Origin: a virus | Length of the DNA stretch: 64,000 bases | Strand: one strand, 5' to 3' | Virus record (IMG/VR): IMGVR_UViG_3300044832_000053 | Location: 1 to 64,000 of that record | Shown: positions 35,122 to 44,198 of the stretch, piece by piece | Numbering within the stretch: the first letter of the stretch is position 1 | Layout of the letters: every line of letters starts with the position of its first letter | Program-made: the position numbers and the translations under genes | Notes under the pieces: model-generated | What the model saw: the letters and a program-made list of their open reading frames with translations, nothing else | What the model was told of the DNA's origin: nothing | The model's database searches: none

Positions 35122-35613
35122 TCAGAAGATCCGCACTCGTGCGAGGCGGAAGGTAGCGCCACCGATCCCGCCGATCGCCTGGTTGAGCATGGCGGCGGAC
35201 ACGCCGCCGGGGTGCACGCAGCGTCCGACGACCTGGTCGAACGTGCCTGCGCCTACCACAACCAGGGTTCCGTTGGCCCCGGCTACCACGAGCGATCCCT
35301 GCGGGACGGCCCCGGAGTACCAGGCCCAGATGTCCACCCCGCCGAAGTAGACCGGCACGTAGTCCTGGAGGACCGAGATGTCGATCAGCGGCTGGCCGTA
35401 GGTGTTGGGTGCGCCGGTCTGCGCGGCGAGCACGTTGCCGTCGGCCCCGGCGATGCCGAGCGCGAACTTGGTGCCCGCTGCGGCTGGCTTGACCGTGAGG
35501 TCAGTGGTCGGGTTGGTGACGGTGGTGTACTCGACAAGCTGGCCGCCGAAGATCAGCGTGCTGACCTGCGCGTTCTGTGGTCCGGTCTTGTAGTGCGGAA
35601 GCGTTCCGGGCAT
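35122..35613 (-). CDS. Capsid decoration/cement protein
   Basis: Gly-rich beta protein between scaffold and capsid genes; GGQLV, ALGIA..D. Confidence 0.7.
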   Translation of the reverse strand: MPGTLPHYKTGPQNAQVSTLIFGGQLVEYTTVTNPTTDLTVKPAAAGTKFALGIAGADGNVLAAQTGAPNTYGQPLIDISVLQDYVPVYFGGVDIWAWYSGAVPQGSLVVAGANGTLVVVGAGTFDQVVGRCVHPGGVSAAMLNQAIGGIGGATFRLARVRIF

Positions 35614-35631
35614 GTCTGGCGTTCCTTCCTG

Positions 35632-35859
35632 TCAGCTTGAGTTCGAGACGGCGAACGCCAGGCCCTGCTGCTCGCGCAGCCCGCCCCCGTAGCCGGTGAT
35701 AGACGGGTCACGCATGTTGCCCGAGCCGATCGCGGCGATGATCGCGGTGGCCGTCGCCCCGGAGCCGACGTCGATGATCGCCCCGGCCTTGAGCACCTCG
35801 GTCTTGCCACCCCAGGTGAACGAGGTGGTAGCGAGGATGACCCGCTTCTGGCTGGCCAT
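35632..35859 (-). CDS. Small virion-region protein
   Basis: Similar to 32840-33121. Confidence 0.55.
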   Translation of the reverse strand: MASQKRVILATTSFTWGGKTEVLKAGAIIDVGSGATATAIIAAIGSGNMRDPSITGYGGGLREQQGLAFAVSNSS

Positions 35860-35860
35860 C

Positions 35861-37078
35861 TCAGACGCCCGTCTGCTGGCGGTAGCGGGCCACCAGGGAG
35901 GCCCGGCCCTGGTGGGCGGCGGCGGCGTCCTCGCCAGGCTCGGCCCCGAGGGCGGACCCCAGCTCGTTGCCGAGGTCCAGCATCTTGGCCATCTTCCCGA
36001 ACTCGGAGAAGATCTGGCGGACGATCGCGCCCGCGTCCACCTCGGTGCCGTTGGACAGCTCCACGGTGCGCCCGGTGCCCTCCAGCAGCGGCCGGGCCAG
36101 GTCGCAGATGTAGGGCGCGATGCCGTAGGTGGCCATGAACCCGTGGCGCTCGGTCTCGTACCGCTGGGCGTCGAGCTGGTCGGTGACCGCACGGAGCTGG
36201 CGCTCGTTCTCCTCGCTCCGGGCGTTGGCCAGCTCGATGGCGAGCTGGGCGGACCCCGAGAGCTGGGCCCCGGCCCCGGCCTCCTGACCGGCGAGCAGCT
36301 CCGCGAGCTGCTCGTCAGACAGGGGACCGCTGTCGGCCGGGCCGTCGAGGGCCTCGGCTGCGGCGATCAGCTCGGCCAGCTCCTCGTCGGTCAGCTCGGC
36401 GTCCGCCGCCGGGCCAGCCGTGGGACCGGCCGGTGGCGTGGTGTCGAGGCTGGCGATGAGCTTATCCATCTTGTCGTCGGGAACGTCCAGGAGCCTGGCC
36501 AGCCGGGCCTGCTGCTCCGCGTTCAGCTCGGGCATCATGTCTCCTTCTGAATCGGGAGCGTCAAACGTGGCGTCGGAAAGGTCGATGACCGGGAGGTCAT
36601 CGTTGGCAAGGTCCACCTGCTGCCACGGCCCGAGGCCAGGCAGGCGGGGGTCGAGGGTGCCGAGGACGTGCTGGATGGCGGCCGGGAAGAACTGGCCGTC
36701 GGCGCGCTGGTAGTCCTCCACGATCCGGGCACTCACGCCCAGCCGTGGGTTGTCCTTGAGGATCTTGGAGCCCTCGTCCGTGGTGGACAGGGTGAGCCAG
36801 AGCCCGTCGGGCTCGGCGGTCATGGCGGCTACTTCCCCGCCGAAATTGCGGACATCGTTATTGTGCTTGTTGTCCGCCGACGCGAGCTGGAAGGGCACCT
36901 GGCCATAGGCCCGCTGGTGGAATGTCTCAGCCAGCCCGGCCAGGTAGTCCGCCGTGAAGTCGATCTTGCGGCCCTTGTAGTCGATGGAGCCCACCGGCAG
37001 CACCCGCTTGCGCCAGAAGCGCGGCCCGGCGACCCTGGCCGGGGAGCGGGTGTACGGCGTGAGGACGGCGGCTGTCAC
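35861..37078 (-). CDS. Mu gpI-like capsid maturation protease with C-terminal scaffold
   Basis: LPVG.I, KH, DGLW, GVSARI, HVLGTLDPRLPGL; acidic helical C-terminus. Confidence 0.82.
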   Translation of the reverse strand: MTAAVLTPYTRSPARVAGPRFWRKRVLPVGSIDYKGRKIDFTADYLAGLAETFHQRAYGQVPFQLASADNKHNNDVRNFGGEVAAMTAEPDGLWLTLSTTDEGSKILKDNPRLGVSARIVEDYQRADGQFFPAAIQHVLGTLDPRLPGLGPWQQVDLANDDLPVIDLSDATFDAPDSEGDMMPELNAEQQARLARLLDVPDDKMDKLIASLDTTPPAGPTAGPAADAELTDEELAELIAAAEALDGPADSGPLSDEQLAELLAGQEAGAGAQLSGSAQLAIELANARSEENERQLRAVTDQLDAQRYETERHGFMATYGIAPYICDLARPLLEGTGRTVELSNGTEVDAGAIVRQIFSEFGKMAKMLDLGNELGSALGAEPGEDAAAAHQGRASLVARYRQQTGV

Positions 37079-37710
37079 GAGCTGCCCCCGAAGCTCTGGG
37101 CCCGGCGGGCGAACGCCAGCGCGCGGGCGGCGGGCATCTTCTTGATCAGCTTCTTGTAGATGGCCACGCCCTTGGGATTCAGCCCGGCCACGGACCCGCC
37201 GGAGTCCGAGCTGCCCGAGTCGTCGCTGCCGGAGTCGGTGGTGCGCGGCCCGTCCGAGGATGAGTTCGCCGCCGTGGCCAGGGCGATGGCCCGGTGCTGG
37301 CCATTGGAGAAGGTCTGCACGGCCGGGATGCCGAACTGCCCCATCAGGGGGGTCTGGACCGCCCGGGGCTGCACCTCGCTCGGCGGGCGGCTCACCTCCT
37401 GGTTGTGCGTCCCGATCAGCTCATACAGCGCGGCCCGCTGCTGGGTATGCGGGCTCAGCACCCGCTCCCCGAGCTTGCCCGCGTACCTGCCGTCCGCGAG
37501 CTTGATCATCTCCCCGATCTTCTGGCCAGCCCGGCGGTGCACCACGATGGCCCGGCCATCAGCACCCCGGGTCACGTGCAGGTCGAACGGGGAGGTCACC
37601 TTGGTCCGTCCCGGCTGGGACCTGGCCCGCTGCCCGGCAGTCATCGAGCGGACAATCGCCGCCCTGCTGGCACTATCCACGACAGAGCCTCCGTTATCCG
37701 GCTGGTTCAT
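37075..37710 (-). CDS. Hypothetical head-region protein
   Basis: Coupled to protease gene; basic C-terminus. Confidence 0.7.
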   Translation of the reverse strand: MNQPDNGGSVVDSASRAAIVRSMTAGQRARSQPGRTKVTSPFDLHVTRGADGRAIVVHRRAGQKIGEMIKLADGRYAGKLGERVLSPHTQQRAALYELIGTHNQEVSRPPSEVQPRAVQTPLMGQFGIPAVQTFSNGQHRAIALATAANSSSDGPRTTDSGSDDSGSSDSGGSVAGLNPKGVAIYKKLIKKMPAARALAFARRAQSFGGSS

Positions 37711-37868
37711 TCGCCCTCCCCGGCCACGGCCCGCCTGACCAGGTCATCGGCCATCTTGGCGGCCAGGTCAGTGGCCATTCCCTTGCTGATGAGCAGTTTC
37801 CCCAGGATCTCGGTCGCCCTGGCCTGCTGGTCGTCCGTGGCGTCTGCGGCCCGGGGCAGGGGAGCCAT
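37707..37868 (-). CDS. Small hypothetical protein
   Basis: 53 aa; overlaps both neighbours; hand-translated. Confidence 0.5.
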   Translation of the reverse strand: MAPLPRAADATDDQQARATEILGKLLISKGMATDLAAKMADDLVRRAVAGEGE

Positions 37869-38425
37869 CACAGCTTCTTCGCGGCGTCGGTGAGTTCCAT
37901 GATCACTAGCGGGCCGAACGAGGCACCCAGGCCCAGCAGGAGCGGAGCGCCGAACGTGGTGGCCAGGGCAACCAGGATCGCGGCGGCCACGATGGTCCCG
38001 ATGTGGACAGCGAGCTTGATCCGGGCCTTCCTGGCTTCCTTCTCGGCAGCCAGCCTCTCCAGCTTCTGCTTGTCCATCTCGATCGCAGCGAGCTTTTTCG
38101 CCACGTCTGAGGCATGTGCCTCGCGGGCGGCTTCCTCGGCCCTGACTTCCTTGAGGACGGGGGCCTGCATGGCCGTGATGGCTATCAGGGACTGGAGCTG
38201 TGCCGCTCCCTGGGCCCTGGCAGCCTGGCTGGCCATGGCAGCGCGCGGGGTTGAGCCGCCCTTGATCCAGCGGCCGTGTGAATCCCGCAGCTCCAGTTCC
38301 ATCTGGGCCAGCTCAATGGCTTCCCGCTCTGTCTCAAGAACGTCAACAGCCATGAGAAACGGGAGGCCAGCGGCGGTGAGGGTGCGGAAATCACGGAGCT
38401 GTCGCTGCGTGATCTGCGTGGGCAT
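37868..38425 (-). CDS. Membrane protein carrying the IELA...ELRDSHGRW tag
   Basis: Tag, then coiled coil, then two C-terminal hydrophobic helices. Confidence 0.7.
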   Translation of the reverse strand: MPTQITQRQLRDFRTLTAAGLPFLMAVDVLETEREAIELAQMELELRDSHGRWIKGGSTPRAAMASQAARAQGAAQLQSLIAITAMQAPVLKEVRAEEAAREAHASDVAKKLAAIEMDKQKLERLAAEKEARKARIKLAVHIGTIVAAAILVALATTFGAPLLLGLGASFGPLVIMELTDAAKKL

Positions 38426-38464
38426 CAGTGGTGACCCTCTCACTTGATCACTGATGCTACGCGC

Positions 38465-38737
38465 CTAGCCTGCTGTATGCATGCCCACAGAAGCGGCAGT
38501 AGCCAGGACACGGTACTGATCTGCCGTGATCCGGCCCGCGTTGAATGCCAGCTCGACCTCGTACCATGATCCTTCACCGGGCCACGGGCGTCCAGTCAGA
38601 TCGCTGGCAATTGTCTCGTGATACCCGGCCGCCGGGGTGGTCTTTTCCCAGCTCAGGTGCGCGAATTTCACCGCTGCCTCAGCCAGGTCCATGTTCCCCG
38701 AGGTCAGGGCATCAAGGATGTCCCTCACATTGCCCAT
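38465..38737 (-). CDS. Small helical protein, candidate antitoxin to the zeta domain
   Basis: Overlaps the end of the zeta-containing ORF; function inferred from position. Confidence 0.55.
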   Translation of the reverse strand: MGNVRDILDALTSGNMDLAEAAVKFAHLSWEKTTPAAGYHETIASDLTGRPWPGEGSWYEVELAFNAGRITADQYRVLATAASVGMHTAG

Positions 38738-41700
38738 GAGAACTCCAGGCCCTGGCCGGAGCTGGACACGAGCTGCGGCTCGCGGCCGGTCACGGAGTTG
38801 TCGAACTTGTCCCAGGAGTCGAACAATGGCAGGGCCATGGCGAATGTCATCTCGTTCACCGAGATCTCCGGGTCTGAGGTTCCCCAGATCTTCACGATGT
38901 CCGCCGGGGGGACATGCCGCCCGCCGAGCCCCTTGCCCGCCAGCCAGCTCTCCAGCCCCGCGCGGTAGCGGGCCAGCGCCCGGTCGATCGAGACCTGGAG
39001 CGGGACGTCAACATAGACGCCGTGCACATGCCCGTAGCCAGCCGACCGCAGCCGGGCGATGTGCCCGGCCATGTCATCGGCCGGGAGCATGGTCAGGTCC
39101 ACGATGATGTTCTTGCGCATCGCCATCGAGCGGTCCAGCGCCATCTGGGCCAGGTGATGTGCCTCGTCGCTCACCAGCGGGCTGGCTTCCATGGGTGACA
39201 GGTTCCCGACGTGGGGCACCAGCCCGCGCTTGGCCAGCTCGGCCTTGAAATCATCCGGGGCGATGGGCAGGTAGTCGTCCATGTTCATGCCGGGCAGCTT
39301 GCCCAGTGCGGTGGTCTTGCCCGCGCCTGGCAGGCCGCCGCCGAAGATCGCCCGGCCCCCGTTGGGCACTGCGGCCGAGCGCGCCATGACCGCGTCGATG
39401 ATCTCCTTGTGGATCGCGGCGCGCTCGGGGGTGTAGATCTGCCCGTCCCCGCTCACGGACTGGGTAACCGCCGTGTTCTGCCCGGCCGCGAAGGCGTCAG
39501 TCAGGGTCTGCTCCACTACGTGCTGCCGTCCCGTGAACTCGGCGTCCGTCAGCGGCCGGGCTGCCTGGCCGCTGATCCCGTGCGCGACCGTGGGTGATTC
39601 CTCGTAGTCGAGGTTGTCGTCTTCCTCGTCCCAGCGGTGGGTGTAGGCGGACGGCGTGATGTACGGGCCAGCGGAGATCAGGCCCTTGTCCCCGGCCGGG
39701 GGCGGCCCGGCCTTGACCGGCTTCCAGCCGTGCGTGTAGACGAAGGGCGTGCCCGGGATGTGACGGCCATGGCCGTCGCCGGTCAGGTCTAGCTGGGCGC
39801 TGACCGTGGCAGTGCCGCGACCGAGTCCGCCAGGGCCCGTGCGATCTCCAGCCGCCTGGCCTCCGGCAGCTCGCGATAGCTGGACGGGACCGGCCCCGCC
39901 ACCACCTTGGGCGTGGGCTCCGCTGGCTGCTCCACCGCTACCTCCTGCCTGGATCTCCCGGCCGCCGGTCACGTCCCAGATAGCCGCCTGGCCGCGCTTC
40001 CTGCCCTCCGCGAGCGCCTGCTCCCGGCTGGCAATGTTGTCGCTCGGCTCCAGCCAGAGCTTACCGTCGTGCACCCATCCGCCCAGGTAGGTGTCTTTCC
40101 CGGCGAACGCCTGGTGCTCGCTCATGATCATGCCGTCAATGGCACGGGCCAGCTTCTCCCGGTCATCGAGGATCTCAGCCGGGAAGGTGTGCGTGTGCCC
40201 GGCCTGGGCAACCATGAACCCGCTGGCTGGCTTGCCGCCGGTCCGCATGCTGACCGAGAATCCTCCCCGGTTCTGCGCGGCCGAGGCTGCCTTGCTGCGG
40301 ATGGTGAACGGGCCGGGCCGGGGCGGCCCGGGTGAGGGGCGGAACATGCCCGCGATGGCCTGCTGCATCCGGGGGGGTTCCCCGCTGGGCAGGTTCACCC
40401 AGCGGCCCCGGAAGTCACGGGGCTCGTGAGCACTGAACGCCAGGTCGATGCCCGCTGCCTGGCCGCTCAGTGTGGTAGTCCCCGGGACCACCGGAACGTG
40501 ATGGGCAGCGGCGAACTTCTTCCAGATCCCCCAGTCCCGGGCGGTGTTGGCGGTGCGCCCGCGCTCCCGGGCCGTGACCGCTGCCGCGTCGGCCGCCTGG
40601 TTGGCGGCCTGCTGGTGCAGCCAGGTGATCGCCTGGAGCTGGGATGGGGTGACCAGGTGACCCTGCCGGGACAGCTCCGCAGCCGCCAGCCGGTAGGTGT
40701 CCGCGACGTGCTCGTAGTAGCGCTTGTCCCCGATGGGCGAGGCGTCGATCTCCTCCGTGGTCACCCGGTGCCCGGCCGCGACGGACAGGGCGTGCCGGTC
40801 AATGACCACCTGGCCGAGCCGGTCGGAGGATGCGTCCCCGCCGTGAGCGATCAGCTTCGCGAACGCCCGGGTCTTGGGGGACTTGAGGGCGTCGATACTG
40901 CCGGTGTCCATGGCCCGCTGCGCGGCCCGCTGCTCGGGGCGGCTGATGAAGCCCTCACCGGGGCCCAGGGCGCGGCCCAGCTCCAGCGAGCGGGCCGCGT
41001 TGAACAGGTTCTCCGGCCAGTTCACCTGCGGGGAGAACGCGGCCAGCACCGCCGCGCCCTTCTCCGCATCCCCGCCCGCGATGGACCGGGCCACCATCTG
41101 TGCGTCGGCGTACCAGCGCATCCCCTGGGCCTTCTCAGCCGGGGCAGCCGCGCTGTAGGCGGCAACGATGTTCGCCGGGCTGACCGGCACCGACTTGAAG
41201 AACGGGTGATCCGCCGGGCTCACGATGGAGCTGCGCGGGTTGGCCAGCCGGGAGGGGTCCGGGGCCGCGTACTCATGGCCGCTCACGCTCCACCGGCCAT
41301 GAGGGTCCCGCAGCTCGGCGGGGTTGTAGTGCCAGCCGCCCGCCAGGTCAACGCTGAACTCCCGGAACTGGCCCAGCGCCACCCGGTCCGCGTGCGTGTA
41401 TCCCTTCACCGGCTTGTAGGAGTGGATGAACTCCGGGGGCAGCGGCTTGCGGATCGCCCGGTATCCCATGTGGCTGGTGCTGGGATACAGGAACTCAGCT
41501 TCCCTGGCCTTGGGCACCCGGATGTCGATCAGCATGCCCGGCTTAGACGGCCATTCAAGATCATCGTGCCGCTCGTACGCGACGATCTGCGACTCGTTGC
41601 TGTCTGGGGACAGCACTGGGTCGTACCCGTCATACCCGGCTGCGTGCAGGCCCTGGTCCCGGATCGACCGGGCGGCCTCCGGCGTGGTGCCGTGGAAGAA

Positions 41701-43980
41701 CTGGGTGTAGCTGGACGGGTCAGCCTCCGGCCCGCCCCGGGTCCACTCGCCATGCTCGTTGCGCAGCTCGTGCACCCAGTTGCCTGCGCTGGGCCTGGGG
41801 CTGGGGCTGCCGGAATCCTTCTTATTCCACCAGCTCAGCTCAACACTGAACTCCCCGCCGCCGGGTCCCAGCTCACCGGCCCGCTCCATCATGTCCGAGT
41901 ACCACATCTGGTGACCCAGCCGCTCGAACTGGGGCTCCAGCTTGGCCAGCTCCGCCCGGATCTTGTTGGCGTAGTCCTGCGGGATGTTCGAGGGCTCCTC
42001 ATTCCAGAACGTGGTAGAAGCCGCGCCATCTCCGGCATATATGAAGCCCGAGCTGTTGTCGATGGCCACCGGGCTGCCGGACGGGGTGACCATCCAGTTA
42101 TTGGAGTGGCGGTCCGGGTTCTGGATCAGGAAGTCCAGCAGCCCGATCTTCTGGCCGTCCTCTGACTGGGTCAACTCGCTCTGGGCTCCGTAAGGTGCAT
42201 CAGCCAGGTACCGCGAGGCGGTCGTGCCCGGGACAAAGCCCATGACCTCCTCAGCAGGATCACCCCCGCTGACGCGGGCGATGGGCGGTGAGGGTGCCCC
42301 GATGGCCTGGGCGACGTAGTAGGCCAGCTCGTCGGTGTCCGCCATCTCCTCATAACCGGAGTGGTAGATCTTGTGCACCACCTTCTCGCCATTGGGCAGG
42401 GTCACGATGTCCACATTGCCCTGGACCCCCTGCTGAGGGTGCATGGACTCGCCCTCTGCGAGCTGATCCGGGGTAGCGATCTGCTCCAGGTGCTGTACGG
42501 CCGGGCTGGACGGTCCCAGCCCTCCCGGCTGCGGCATGCCCGGCAGCAGGTATTGCTTGACGCCCGTCGTGACCATCACCCCGGGGGCGGTCTGCCGGGG
42601 AGGCTCAGGCAGTCCCGCCAGGATCTTGGACGCCGGGACCGGGGTGCCCAGCAGGCCGTTGACCCGCCTGACCAGTTCAGGTCCGGCCTGGTACTCCCCG
42701 CCCGCGACAAACTGCCGGGCAAGCTGCTGGGCCCGGCCCTCGTTGATCGCCTGGTGCCGCTCCGCTCCTGCGGCGCGGGCGGATACCCGGTGCTCCATGA
42801 CCGCAGCCCAGGTCTGCCCCTGGATACTGGGCGGGATCTGGGATAGCTGCTGGGCCTGGAGGACGTTACCCCCGTTCCGCCAGTCCACCAGGTAGCGGTT
42901 CCCGTCATCGGATTCGACCACCACGTTGCTGCTGGTCATGGCGGTGACCCGGCCTACCCCGCCATGGCCGTCGCGGGCCATGTCCCCGAGCTTCGGCTCC
43001 CGGTTGCCGGGCAGGAAGGCGGCCCCGGCCCCGCTGCCGTGCGGGCCGATGAATTCCCACTGCTTCCCGCCCGGGGATGGGCTGGGCGTCTCCGCCTGCG
43101 GGTTGAATGCGGGCCGGGGCGTGCCCATCTTCATCCCGCCCAGTCGCGGGCCAGCCTGGCTGAGCGGGACGGTGTGCACGGGGGCACCACCGTTGCGCCA
43201 GTCCACCAGGTGACGCTTCTGGTCGTTGGCGTCGATCACCGCATGGCCGCCGCCTTTGTTGACGACCCTCCCCCAAACGCCCTGGCTGTTGCGTGCCTGG
43301 TCATTGACCTGCGGCTCCGCCACTACCTGGGAGCCACCCCGGATGAACTGCCAGCGGCCGAGGATCGCGGGCCCGGCGACCTCATCCGCCAGCAGCGCCC
43401 GGTGCAGCCTGGATTCCTGGTTCAGGGCACTTACCTGGGCAGCGGTGCCTGAAACCTGCCGGAAATCAGCACCGTGCACGGGCTGGAGCTGGGCCGCGAC
43501 CGAGTCCGGTGCCTGGCCGTGTATTCCCGGGTGTGCGCCCCGGATGATCTGGCCCTGCTCATCCACTGTCCAGGTGTCGAGATTCTCCCGGCGGTTGTTG
43601 TGCTGGACCCGCCGCAGTCTCTGGGCGTTGACCAGCCGGTCCTCGCCTATCTGATCCCGGATCGACTCCGGCCCCATCCCACGGGCCCGCAGGACCCGGG
43701 CCCGGTTAATCTCCGCCCCGTCGCGGAGGCCCTTGGGGGTCGGGGCCTGCTTCATCCGGTCTGCCCGCTCCTGGGCCGCCGCCGCGTCATGCTTGGCCTG
43801 CCACATGATCCCGTTGATGGCGGTCGGGCCGTAACCCCGTGCCGCGAGTGCAACGCGCTTGCGCTGGTCCTCCAGGGCCGTGGCGGAGAATCCGGGCCTC
43901 TTCGCCCAGCGCCCGTGGGTGTCACGGAGCTGATTGGGCTGGAAGTGCCAGGCCAGGTCCACCTGCTCGCTGATGCTCAC
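38725..43980 (-). CDS. 1751-aa polyvalent effector protein: tandem SH3/KOW-like, PI3/4K-HipA-like kinase, ART-like, HhH glycosylase-like (DUF7178-like), unknown domain, zeta toxin
   Basis: DFLIQNPDRHSNN..IDNS; FFHGT..AARSI..QGL; WY..AAFSPQ..PKT..IDRHA..QAITW; GGLPGAGKTT..PDDFK..GRHVP. Confidence 0.85.
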   Translation of the reverse strand: MSISEQVDLAWHFQPNQLRDTHGRWAKRPGFSATALEDQRKRVALAARGYGPTAINGIMWQAKHDAAAAQERADRMKQAPTPKGLRDGAEINRARVLRARGMGPESIRDQIGEDRLVNAQRLRRVQHNNRRENLDTWTVDEQGQIIRGAHPGIHGQAPDSVAAQLQPVHGADFRQVSGTAAQVSALNQESRLHRALLADEVAGPAILGRWQFIRGGSQVVAEPQVNDQARNSQGVWGRVVNKGGGHAVIDANDQKRHLVDWRNGGAPVHTVPLSQAGPRLGGMKMGTPRPAFNPQAETPSPSPGGKQWEFIGPHGSGAGAAFLPGNREPKLGDMARDGHGGVGRVTAMTSSNVVVESDDGNRYLVDWRNGGNVLQAQQLSQIPPSIQGQTWAAVMEHRVSARAAGAERHQAINEGRAQQLARQFVAGGEYQAGPELVRRVNGLLGTPVPASKILAGLPEPPRQTAPGVMVTTGVKQYLLPGMPQPGGLGPSSPAVQHLEQIATPDQLAEGESMHPQQGVQGNVDIVTLPNGEKVVHKIYHSGYEEMADTDELAYYVAQAIGAPSPPIARVSGGDPAEEVMGFVPGTTASRYLADAPYGAQSELTQSEDGQKIGLLDFLIQNPDRHSNNWMVTPSGSPVAIDNSSGFIYAGDGAASTTFWNEEPSNIPQDYANKIRAELAKLEPQFERLGHQMWYSDMMERAGELGPGGGEFSVELSWWNKKDSGSPSPRPSAGNWVHELRNEHGEWTRGGPEADPSSYTQFFHGTTPEAARSIRDQGLHAAGYDGYDPVLSPDSNESQIVAYERHDDLEWPSKPGMLIDIRVPKAREAEFLYPSTSHMGYRAIRKPLPPEFIHSYKPVKGYTHADRVALGQFREFSVDLAGGWHYNPAELRDPHGRWSVSGHEYAAPDPSRLANPRSSIVSPADHPFFKSVPVSPANIVAAYSAAAPAEKAQGMRWYADAQMVARSIAGGDAEKGAAVLAAFSPQVNWPENLFNAARSLELGRALGPGEGFISRPEQRAAQRAMDTGSIDALKSPKTRAFAKLIAHGGDASSDRLGQVVIDRHALSVAAGHRVTTEEIDASPIGDKRYYEHVADTYRLAAAELSRQGHLVTPSQLQAITWLHQQAANQAADAAAVTARERGRTANTARDWGIWKKFAAAHHVPVVPGTTTLSGQAAGIDLAFSAHEPRDFRGRWVNLPSGEPPRMQQAIAGMFRPSPGPPRPGPFTIRSKAASAAQNRGGFSVSMRTGGKPASGFMVAQAGHTHTFPAEILDDREKLARAIDGMIMSEHQAFAGKDTYLGGWVHDGKLWLEPSDNIASREQALAEGRKRGQAAIWDVTGGREIQAGGSGGAASGAHAQGGGGAGPVQLSRAAGGQAAGDRTGPGGLGRGTATVSAQLDLTGDGHGRHIPGTPFVYTHGWKPVKAGPPPAGDKGLISAGPYITPSAYTHRWDEEDDNLDYEESPTVAHGISGQAARPLTDAEFTGRQHVVEQTLTDAFAAGQNTAVTQSVSGDGQIYTPERAAIHKEIIDAVMARSAAVPNGGRAIFGGGLPGAGKTTALGKLPGMNMDDYLPIAPDDFKAELAKRGLVPHVGNLSPMEASPLVSDEAHHLAQMALDRSMAMRKNIIVDLTMLPADDMAGHIARLRSAGYGHVHGVYVDVPLQVSIDRALARYRAGLESWLAGKGLGGRHVPPADIVKIWGTSDPEISVNEMTFAMALPLFDSWDKFDNSVTGREPQLVSSSGQGLEFSWAM

Positions 43981-44198
43981 GGGTGCACCCAGACGTACCC
44001 GTTGCTCCAGCCGTCCAGGGACTCGAACGCGATCTCCGCATCACCGCCAGCCCGGCGCAGCGCTGAGTCCGCGATGGCCTGGCTGGACTCGCTGCTGCCG
44101 GTCAGGCGGTCCGTGTCCAGCCTGATGGTGCCGAGCTGGCCCTGCTCATCGAAGACCCCCAGCGTCAGCGGCTCACCGGCCTGGCTGGAGATGCTCAC
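43977..44198 (-). CDS. Small acidic protein
   Basis: GTGA overlaps at both ends; starts MSISSQ like the giant ORF (MSISEQ). Confidence 0.65.
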   Translation of the reverse strand: MSISSQAGEPLTLGVFDEQGQLGTIRLDTDRLTGSSESSQAIADSALRRAGGDAEIAFESLDGWSNGYVWVHP

